NCBI GenBank assembly: GCA_038150305.1
Contig: JAYOTG010000007.1
Location: forward strand, 4,230-68,229
Source of the DNA: Candidatus Poseidoniales archaeon
GTDB taxonomy: Archaea > Thermoplasmatota > Poseidoniia > Poseidoniales > Poseidoniaceae
Direction of reading: 5' to 3'
DNA: 64,000 nucleotides
Both the position numbers and the translations under genes were made by a program. Shown here in pieces: positions 33,260-42,000 of this stretch. The notes beneath the pieces were generated by a model. That model had not been told where the DNA came from. It was given only the letters and a program-made list of their open reading frames with translations, and searched no databases. Within the stretch, counting starts at the first letter, position 1, and each line of letters starts with the position of its first letter.

Positions 33260-36200
33260 ATGCGTAGGAGCCAGAGCACCCTCCTCATCACGCTGGCTGT
33301 GGTGGCTGGACTGCTCTTCATGTCGCAGTTCCCCGCCTTGTCGCCGGTGGCGTCAAACAACCCAAACGAAGCCACCGGTGAAGCGCCCCCAGTCACCGAC
33401 AGCGACGGAGACTTGATTCCGGACGTGCACGAGAACTTGTTCGAAGATTGGGTGAACCGCAGTACAGCGGACGGCCGGATGATCGTCATCCCAGGTCTTG
33501 ACCGTGACGACGCCCGTGACGCCAAATACGATCTCGATCGGGACGGCCTCAACGCCACCGAGGAATACTGCTGGCCGTATCCTGCGAACTGCACCGAGCC
33601 TGGCTTCCCTCGTGGATTGACCGGCTTGCTCGATGAAAACGGTGAGCGGAGTTACCTCGACCCTCGCGTGTCCGACACGGACGGCGATGGGTTGCCTGAC
33701 GGCTTTGAGGCATGGATGTGCCTGCAGACCGGCGGTTTCAATGCGGTGGACATGGTCTTCCGGTGCCCACGCTTTGATCCGCTGAACGCCAGCGAGGGTG
33801 CCGAAGACCCGGACGAAGACGGGTTTGACGTGGACCGAAACGGCATCATCGACGACAACGAGATGTACACGTCAGCCGAGGAGTACAGGCACGGCATGCC
33901 CCCCTTCCACGTGGACGAACTCGACGGGTTGTGGTGCTCAGCAAGCCTTCCGGATGGAGGTCCGTTCGACGATTGGCCCTACATCTCAACGGCCGCGAAC
34001 ATGACCTTCGCGAACCTCCTCGCCGCCTGCACCACGAACAGCACCTCGGTGTTTGACGAGGACATTTGGTTGGGCACAAACCCGTTGAACGCGGACAGCG
34101 ACCACAGGTCGTGGAACGGCGTGAGCCTCGGCCGCACCTTCCCTTCTTTCGGCGATGGACTCCCGGACGGATGGGAAGTCCACTTTGGTCTTGATCCGCT
34201 GAACAGGTCCAACGCGCTCCTTGACGTTGACCAGGACGGCTGGGACGAGGACAGGGACGGTTTCGTGACCGGGGATCCTGTGACCACCCAAACCGGCGTC
34301 TCCCTTGGCGAGGCGCTTTCCTCCTACGAGGAATACCTTGTTTACGACGACCAAGGCAACGTGGTCCGCTCCGGCCTCAAGCACGTCGCCTTTGGTGCCA
34401 ACGACACGTGGGTCGAGGTTCCGGTCAGGCTTGCTTCACCAACGGCAAGCGTCGCTACCCTGCACCACGATGTGCGCGATCTCCACGTCAACGATCAAGA
34501 CGTCTACGTCATGACGCGTCATGGCATCACCCACTGGGCGGTGGACGATGGCACCAGCACCGACATGTGGTGGCCTCACGCCATTCGCCTGACGGACCTC
34601 GTGCCTTTGGAGGTCGACGGGGCGCTGGCTGGCTTTGCCGTGACGTCAAACGCGGGGCTGCAGATCATTCCTTTGTTGGACGACGGCGCCTTGGCACCGA
34701 TGGAAACATGGAGCCACATGGACGCACCAGCGCTTGACCAGGCCGTGATTCTCGATTTGGATGGGGCCAGCATGCACGTTTTGGCCCTCGGGGCCAACGG
34801 TGACGGTGGCGTGTGGACCATCGGCAGCGATTTGCAGCCAAACGGAGACGTGATGGGCGCCTTGAGCGCTGATTTGCGTGCCGAACTTGCGTCGACGAAC
34901 GCGACCGTGACGGCCCTCGCCCACGCCCCTGGCGTTGACGGTGTCCCCACGCTCTTCGTTGGAACCGACCGAGGACTCGTGGTCTTCGAAACCGCCTCCG
35001 CTCGGGACGCGAACCTCAACGGCACCTGGTTGTTCCACTTCGCCTTCGAACCCACCGTGGTGGACCGTAACCTCGACGCGTTGCGGCCCATCGGTGCCAA
35101 CGTCGGTGAAGCCCCCGCTGAAGTCCGAGACCTGGTCTTGGACGGCGCAGGACCAGACCAGCTCGACACCCTTTGGATGGCGATGCCCTCCGGCATCCAC
35201 CGTCTTGACCTTCGGACCCTCTCGATTTCCTTCGGAGGAGACCTGGTTCACCCGGGTGAAGACGGGCGGTCCATCGTGGGTGCAGACGACGTTCACAGCC
35301 TCCTCGTCATGGACGACGCCTTGCTCGTGGGCAGCGCGTGGGGCCTTTGGGTGGTTGACGGCGGACGTGAAGCCACCTATGGCGCACGGGAGCAAGCCCT
35401 CCTTCCCGGAGAGTTGGCGGCCTTGGCCACCGTCGAAGTCGACGGCGTGTTGCGCATCCTTGGCGGTGCTGCCCCGGGCCGATTCGCGAACCAAGCCCTG
35501 ATGTCACCGGTCAGCAACGACTCCGACTTCGACGGAATGACCGACGGCTGGGAACTCATCCACGGGCTCGACCCCACCGACCCGTGGGACGCGGTGCTGG
35601 ATCCCGATGGTGACGGTCTTGACAAAGACCTTGACGGCTTTGCCGACGACCGATTGTGGACCAACCTCGACGAGTACCGTTACATCGCCATCACGACGGA
35701 CGGGTACGACAGCACCGATCCATCGAACCCGGACACCGACATGGACGGAGCACCGGACGGCGCAGAAGTGCATGCCTTCCACCTGTCCACCACCACCTTG
35801 TGGTGTTACTATGACTTCCAGATGACCTACCGCTGCGACAGCGCCGTGGGTGCGGCGGCCAACCAGACCTACGTCGAGAACGCACCGACCGACGCGGCCA
35901 CGGACCCGACGAATCCAGATTCTGACGGCGACGGGATGCCAGACGGTTGGGAACTCGAGCACAGGCGCTGGGTCGGCACAGCCTTTGACGGCGGCAACAA
36001 TTGGACCCTTGACCCAATGCGTGCGGACGATGCGCTGTGGGATGCAGACCGCGATGGACTGGCCAACATTTGCGAGTACCAATGGAGCGTCATGCGTGAT
36101 TTGGCGCTTCGGGGCGACATGGTGGATTCCCATGGCGAATCACCAGAAGCAGCCGAAGCATGGTTCGAAACCGATCCAAACAATCCCGACTCCGATGGCG

Positions 36201-39013
36201 ACACCATGACCGACGGCTGGGAAGCGGGCGGTCTGTGCACCTATGATGCGGGGCGTGTGGGCGTGAACCCACTCAACGGCAGCGACGGTCTCGAAAATCC
36301 GGACGGAGACGGTTTCGACGTGAACCTCGACGGTGTGCTCGAGCCAGGGGAGGCCTACGTGAATTGGCTCGAATTCCACATCAAGGACCTCGACGTCGTA
36401 GACGGGGTCATTTCCTTCGGAACGTTCACCGCTCCGGAGGGCCTTGACCTGTCCCTGTTCGAAGGCATGCTGCTGGGCGATGAGCCCGCTCACGGGTTCA
36501 TCAACGATGCCGATTTGGCCACCCTGGCCACCGCGGTGCCCGCTGCGGTTGGGTCGACGGATCCCTTGGACACCGACAGCGATGGAGACGGCATGCCGGA
36601 CGGTTGGGAAATTCACTTCGCTCGGTGGGCGGTTCTCGAGGACCGCTGGACCCTCAACCCAATCGATCGAACCGACCGCTTCCTCGACGCCGACGACGAT
36701 GGCATGACCAATTGGGAGGAGTACAACGCGATCGACCCGGCCTTGAACCAACTCGAATCCATTCAATCAAGCCCACAATTCTACGTGACCACCATCGGTA
36801 CAGCGCCCGCCCTGCAGCAGTGGGCCAGCATTTCGGTCGACGCATCCTTCGGCTCCTTCGCTTCCGCGGCGGTGCTGAACGCCAGTGGGCCAACGGCCGA
36901 CCCGAACAACCCGGACACAGACGGCGACGGCATCATCGACGGCATGGAGGTCTTGTTCACGGCGTGGAACGATTCGGCGCAAACGTGGACCCTCAATCCG
37001 ATGGTTCCCGATGACGGCGACTTCGACGCTGACGGTGACGGTTTGTTGGATCGCCAAGAACTGGCCTTGGCCTTTGAACAGCCCGACAACGGTGAGGTTC
37101 ATCCTGCGGACGCCCCCCTGTTCCACATCGACGGAGACAACCAGCAACCGACCGAGAAATCGCAGCGCATCTTCCGCATCCTCATCGACAAAGACACCCG
37201 CGGGAAGCGGTATTTGGCTGATTTCAACAGCTGGCAGCAAGGTGAGGTTCCCTCGGAGTTCATCTCCTTCTTGATGGGCCTGAGCGACCCGACCAACAGC
37301 GACACGGACGATGACGGGATGCACGACGGCTTCGAGTATTGGTTCACGTCGTGGAACCTTGAGGAAAACCGTTGGGGCATGAACCCGCTCATCGATTCGG
37401 ACGTCAACCTCGATTCAGACGGCGACAGTTGGGATTGCAACGGTGACGGGAACATCGACCTCAACGAAACCTTCAGCAATTTGAGGGAGTGGGAATCCAG
37501 CACCTGGGGCAAATTCCTCGCCAGATTCACGGTACCGACCGAGGTTGGCGTGGTGTCCTTCGGCGATGACGCCATGAGTGCTTACATGAGCGAAGCAGGG
37601 TTGTCACCCTTCTTCGCACGTGCTGCGTTGTACGACGATTTCATCGCAAAGGGCCCTGAGAGCGCGAACCGTATGAGCGCCATCAACGGCCTTGATCCGA
37701 ACAATTTCAACCGAACTTTGCTCGGCGTCGCCGACCCAACGCACCCCGACTCGGACAGTGACGGGCTGCCGGACGGCTGGGAATACTGCTACGCACGCTA
37801 CGACATGCCCGACCCCTCGACCGCGCTTCGCTGGGCCGCAAATCCGCTCAATCCATTCGACGTCGACCACGACGGTGACAGCGACGGTTGGTATGATCGC
37901 ACGTCCTTCGACACCCCAGCCCCCCTTGGTGCGTGGAATGCTCGGAGTTTCACCGCCTCGGGTGAACTCATCCAGCAGGGTGTCGGTGATCTTCCGTTCA
38001 CCAATTGGATGGAGTACGAAAATGGAACTCGGCCTGACCTGAACGACAGCGATGGAGACAGCGTGGCCTACCTGACCACCGTCGAGAACGGTGCCGTTGT
38101 CTCCCACGAGCGCGATTACAACCTCTCCGATGGCCGAGAGGTGTTCAAGTACGGCACCAATCCAATGGACAACGACACCGACGGTGACATGATTCCAGAT
38201 TGGTACGAGCACGCCAAAGGTTGGAACGAAACCAACGACAACTACTCTTCGTGGCTTCAAATTCGCGTGCAGTGGATCGACACGACCACCGGTGGTGCGT
38301 GCACCACGGACACCACCTCGTGCCGTCCATTGTCCATCGATACCGGCTCCCTCGCCCGTCCCAACCTGGCGTTCACCTGGTTCACCATGGACCCACGTGA
38401 TGCCACGGACGCCAACGAGGATCATGACCAAGACGGCAATTGGGATTGTTCAGGAGCAGGATGCGTGTACACGCCTTACACCGCCTTCCAAGAATTCTAT
38501 GCCATCACCGACCCTGTGCTTTCCTCACCGAACGCCGTGCGCTTGGCAGGATTGGTCCATGACGGCGAGGGCATCAGCGAAGGCTGGCAGCTCCGCGCTC
38601 ACCTGTTGGGCCTCGGCTCATGGGACGAAAACGTGCGCAACTACCTGAAGATGGACCAACTTGGCTCCTCCGATCAGCGCTTTGTGTGGATCCTCGATGA
38701 CAACGATCAGGATTTCCTGATCATCGATGAATCCGACGATGAGGTCTTGGCTGCTGGGAACCGCACCGACCCGTGGGACATATTCTACACCGGATCTCCA
38801 CAAACGAGCCCCGTCCGGAGTGTTGGCGAACACGAGTTGGGCTGGTACATGGTCGACCTTGACGACGACCACGTCGCCGAGGGAACGGACCCAATGAATT
38901 GGGACACGGACGGTGATTGGGTGGTCGATTGGTTCGAGGTCAACGACGATGAGCGCGACGGCACAAGGGGCGATTCGTCACCGCTGCGCTACGACTCGCG
39001 TTTGGTCTCGTGA
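33260..39013 (+). CDS. Giant (1,917 aa) secreted protein with at least 24 thrombospondin type-3-like Ca-binding repeats
   Basis: ATG 33260 gives MRRSQSTLLITLAVVAGLLFMSQFPALSPVAS (signal/anchor). The track start 33080 would overlap the divergent MBL gene. Repeats of the D-x-D-x-D-G-x-x-D-x-x-E type include DTDGDGLPDGFE, DSDGDGMPDGWE, DTDMDGAPDGAE, DSDSDGLPDGWE, DTDGDMIPDWYE and DTDGDWVVDWFE. A non-repeat segment covers about aa 440-800. Confidence 0.85.
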   Translation: MRRSQSTLLITLAVVAGLLFMSQFPALSPVASNNPNEATGEAPPVTDSDGDLIPDVHENLFEDWVNRSTADGRMIVIPGLDRDDARDAKYDLDRDGLNATEEYCWPYPANCTEPGFPRGLTGLLDENGERSYLDPRVSDTDGDGLPDGFEAWMCLQTGGFNAVDMVFRCPRFDPLNASEGAEDPDEDGFDVDRNGIIDDNEMYTSAEEYRHGMPPFHVDELDGLWCSASLPDGGPFDDWPYISTAANMTFANLLAACTTNSTSVFDEDIWLGTNPLNADSDHRSWNGVSLGRTFPSFGDGLPDGWEVHFGLDPLNRSNALLDVDQDGWDEDRDGFVTGDPVTTQTGVSLGEALSSYEEYLVYDDQGNVVRSGLKHVAFGANDTWVEVPVRLASPTASVATLHHDVRDLHVNDQDVYVMTRHGITHWAVDDGTSTDMWWPHAIRLTDLVPLEVDGALAGFAVTSNAGLQIIPLLDDGALAPMETWSHMDAPALDQAVILDLDGASMHVLALGANGDGGVWTIGSDLQPNGDVMGALSADLRAELASTNATVTALAHAPGVDGVPTLFVGTDRGLVVFETASARDANLNGTWLFHFAFEPTVVDRNLDALRPIGANVGEAPAEVRDLVLDGAGPDQLDTLWMAMPSGIHRLDLRTLSISFGGDLVHPGEDGRSIVGADDVHSLLVMDDALLVGSAWGLWVVDGGREATYGAREQALLPGELAALATVEVDGVLRILGGAAPGRFANQALMSPVSNDSDFDGMTDGWELIHGLDPTDPWDAVLDPDGDGLDKDLDGFADDRLWTNLDEYRYIAITTDGYDSTDPSNPDTDMDGAPDGAEVHAFHLSTTTLWCYYDFQMTYRCDSAVGAAANQTYVENAPTDAATDPTNPDSDGDGMPDGWELEHRRWVGTAFDGGNNWTLDPMRADDALWDADRDGLANICEYQWSVMRDLALRGDMVDSHGESPEAAEAWFETDPNNPDSDGDTMTDGWEAGGLCTYDAGRVGVNPLNGSDGLENPDGDGFDVNLDGVLEPGEAYVNWLEFHIKDLDVVDGVISFGTFTAPEGLDLSLFEGMLLGDEPAHGFINDADLATLATAVPAAVGSTDPLDTDSDGDGMPDGWEIHFARWAVLEDRWTLNPIDRTDRFLDADDDGMTNWEEYNAIDPALNQLESIQSSPQFYVTTIGTAPALQQWASISVDASFGSFASAAVLNASGPTADPNNPDTDGDGIIDGMEVLFTAWNDSAQTWTLNPMVPDDGDFDADGDGLLDRQELALAFEQPDNGEVHPADAPLFHIDGDNQQPTEKSQRIFRILIDKDTRGKRYLADFNSWQQGEVPSEFISFLMGLSDPTNSDTDDDGMHDGFEYWFTSWNLEENRWGMNPLIDSDVNLDSDGDSWDCNGDGNIDLNETFSNLREWESSTWGKFLARFTVPTEVGVVSFGDDAMSAYMSEAGLSPFFARAALYDDFIAKGPESANRMSAINGLDPNNFNRTLLGVADPTHPDSDSDGLPDGWEYCYARYDMPDPSTALRWAANPLNPFDVDHDGDSDGWYDRTSFDTPAPLGAWNARSFTASGELIQQGVGDLPFTNWMEYENGTRPDLNDSDGDSVAYLTTVENGAVVSHERDYNLSDGREVFKYGTNPMDNDTDGDMIPDWYEHAKGWNETNDNYSSWLQIRVQWIDTTTGGACTTDTTSCRPLSIDTGSLARPNLAFTWFTMDPRDATDANEDHDQDGNWDCSGAGCVYTPYTAFQEFYAITDPVLSSPNAVRLAGLVHDGEGISEGWQLRAHLLGLGSWDENVRNYLKMDQLGSSDQRFVWILDDNDQDFLIIDESDDEVLAAGNRTDPWDIFYTGSPQTSPVRSVGEHELGWYMVDLDDDHVAEGTDPMNWDTDGDWVVDWFEVNDDERDGTRGDSSPLRYDSRLVS
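33398..38938 (+). repeat. Dispersed array of TSP3-type (DxDxDGxxDxxE) calcium-binding motifs at protein level
   Basis: The first motif is DSDGDLIPDVHE at nt 33398. The last is DTDGDWVVDWFE, ending at nt 38938. I counted at least 24 copies by eye. Confidence 0.8.
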
Positions 39014-39062
39014 GGCTCTGTGTAGGGCATCATTCAAATGCTCAGCCAATGCTCTTTGGAAC

Positions 39063-42000
39063 ATGGTGGACGCCCGCTCGCCGTCACGCAAATCCATCGC
39101 GCCCGCCGTGATGCTGACGTTGCTCATGATGCTGATGTCCGCCTCGCCGCTGCTGACGGCACTGGCACCGAATGCGGAGGCTTCAGGCGTGGCGCGCCAC
39201 GCCTACGGATTCAGCGACGGCTCCACCGAATACGTCGCGTTGTACCAAGGCGCAAGTCCAGACACGGGTGCCAAGGTGCAGATCCCCGTGGGTGCCGAGG
39301 TCGTGGACGTCAGCATGACCCTCTCTGGTGCAAGCTCCACCGGTTGGTCGTCGACCTCGAGCTCCACGACCGAGGATTGGCAAGCGGGCGAGGGCTCAGG
39401 TGTTGACGCACGTTCACCCGTGCTGACCTTGCAGCAGGCCACACCGACCACGGAATTCTTCCCCCACGGATTGGACACGGTCATCGATCCTTCATCCACC
39501 GCTTGGCACGACAATGGCTCCTACGCGGTCCGCCAACCGCATACCTCCAACTCAACGGAAACCCGATTTTCGCAACAGGTCCAGCGCACGAGCAGCACGC
39601 TCACCCCACAAGGGCAGGGCGCCGTCCTCAAGCATCACGACTGGATCTTTGTCTCCACATGGAGTTCAAACAACCTCAGCAACGTGGTCAAAGCCCACTA
39701 CCCCAACAACCTCACCCGTGCATGGGGCGTGACCATCGATTCCACGGCCTCTGCCTGCGTGCTTCCGCAAACGCACAGTTCCACCTATTACGGCCAGTAT
39801 GGGTTCCGAGATTGGGCCCTTGCCGACGACGAGCGGCTGCTGGCCATTCTCTCCGGATACAAGTACTTCTACGGGTCCACGGCACCCACCCAATACCACC
39901 GCGTGCTGGAGCTTGACGTGTCCAGCGACGATGAATGGGTGTGCACCGCTTCCTACGATATCTCGCCACAATTCGGTGATTACACGGGCATCGCCTACGA
40001 CCGCGAAGACGGAACCTTCTGGGTGGCCCACAACAGCCAGCGCCGCTTGGTGGAGTACAACATGGCGGACGGGACCTGGAGCAGAAACAGCGAGATGTTC
40101 TCCTACTCTTCATCGGCTTCCTCTGCGTGGGAATGCGGCACGACGGGTCAGATGGTCCGTGGCCTCGAAGTTCAAGGCAACACTTTCTACATGCGCTGCC
40201 AGAAGGACAGCTACTACAACGACCGTGACACGCTTGAAGCATGGTCCGTGAGCGGTACCTCGACCTCTTTGGTGCCCCAGTCAGGTATCCGTGAGATTTC
40301 CTGCCTTGGCTACGGCCTCCAGTGGGACGGAACCCGATTTGTCACGATGGACAGCGGATACTCGACCTGGAGCGGCAAGACCCTCTACTACCGCGAATTC
40401 GGCACGGGCTGGACCTACGAGACCATCGCCGCACCCGGCACCACGACGTGGTATGGTCCCGTGACCACCTCAGTTGAGGACGTGCTTTCGGTCAACACCC
40501 GCGTCGGCTGGTCGGCTGCATCCATTGGCGACCGGGTGGACCATTGGGTCTCCGCCGACAACGGCACCCACTGGTCCTCGGTGACGGCCAACGAAACGAT
40601 CCACTTCGCGCACCCTGGGAACGAGTTGGTTTGGAAGGCTCAGATGATCGGCTCTTCGGCGGTGTCATGGTGGGTCGAACTCGAGCATGACACCGAATAC
40701 GCCTCTGTCGGTTCGTGGACCTCGCCGTCCATTCCAACCGGGACCAAGGTCGGCAAGGTTCGGCCCACCTGGGTGGCCGATGAGCCGGCCGGGACGTCGA
40801 TCACCGTGTACGTGTCAAACAACGACGGGACAGACTGGTACGAAGCGACCAACGGACAAGAAATCGGCTTCCCAACCGAAGCGGCAGGGTCCGCGCTCCG
40901 CTACTCCATTCAGTTGGACACCACCGACGTGACCGTCACGCCCAGCGTGACGTCCTTCACCCTCGAGTATGAGGAAGGCTACCCTGACCGTCCACGCATC
41001 GACGTTGGAAACGACGGCAGCTACGATTGGGAGTCCCTCCTGTTCCTGAACGAATCCTCCGTGGACGCAAGCGACGACAGCATCGTCGGCCAAGACGTGA
41101 AAGACACGCCGACCCTCGTGTCGGCCTTCAACGACGCCATTCCCGACAACGGCGACGGCACCGTCGACATCACGCTGGCCGTCAAGGCCGCCTCTCCGGG
41201 ACGCATCAAGATTTCGAACCTCGACGTGGCCTACGTCATGCAAACGCGCGCGATTGGCGCATCGTTGGAGGGCGGCATGCTGGCACCAGACGGCGCCCAC
41301 CGCGACCTCGTCATTGACGTGGCTCGAGGCGATGACGTGACTCGCGTCAACCGTGTGGACGTGACGCTGCAGAATTCGCATGGCGAAGATCCAACCGTGC
41401 AGTGGTCCCGTGGCGATCAGTGCAGCGTTCTCAGCGACGGCGGCGGTGTGGTCCATTTCGATGCAGGAAACTGCACCTCCACCTCGGTGAGCGACAGCAT
41501 CACACGGATTCGGATTCCGACCCTCGTGGATTGGTCATGGAACGACGAAGCAGCCATGGAAGCAAGCATCACCGTGGTCGATCCGATTGGCGAGAAGGTC
41601 ACCGACTGGACCACCACGGGTCTCGACGTTCGCGTCGAGAACGACATCCAGCTCGACGGCTTGCGCGTCTTTGACGAGACAGGACGAGAACTGTACCCTC
41701 TGGATTGGGTTCGAGGCGGGTACAACCTCAGTTTTGCCGGGAAGATCCACTTCGAGGGCAGTCAACTCAACCCTCTCGGTGGGGAATTCAACCTCCGCGT
41801 CCTCGGTCAGAACGTGACCTACGACGGCGACCCAATCGGTGAGCCGGTGGTGCTCGCCACGACCTCGAACCCCTCGTTTGGCGAGTACAACATCACCTTC
41901 CAATCACCGTTGGAAAGCGCCCCCGGCGGCATGGTCTTCCATGTCGAGGCCGTGGACATGGCCAACGGTTCAGTGTTCACCAACCCAGGCTACAACACCA

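Noticed and set aside
33398-38938. Periodic GA(C/T)-rich DNA considered as a CRISPR array or DNA tandem repeat, or as eukaryotic contamination because of the thrombospondin motifs
   Set aside because: The periodicity is codon-level (Asp-rich motif) with divergent spacing and sequence, all inside one ORF. The flanking genes are unmistakably archaeal and intron-free. No direct-repeat/spacer structure exists anywhere in the window.
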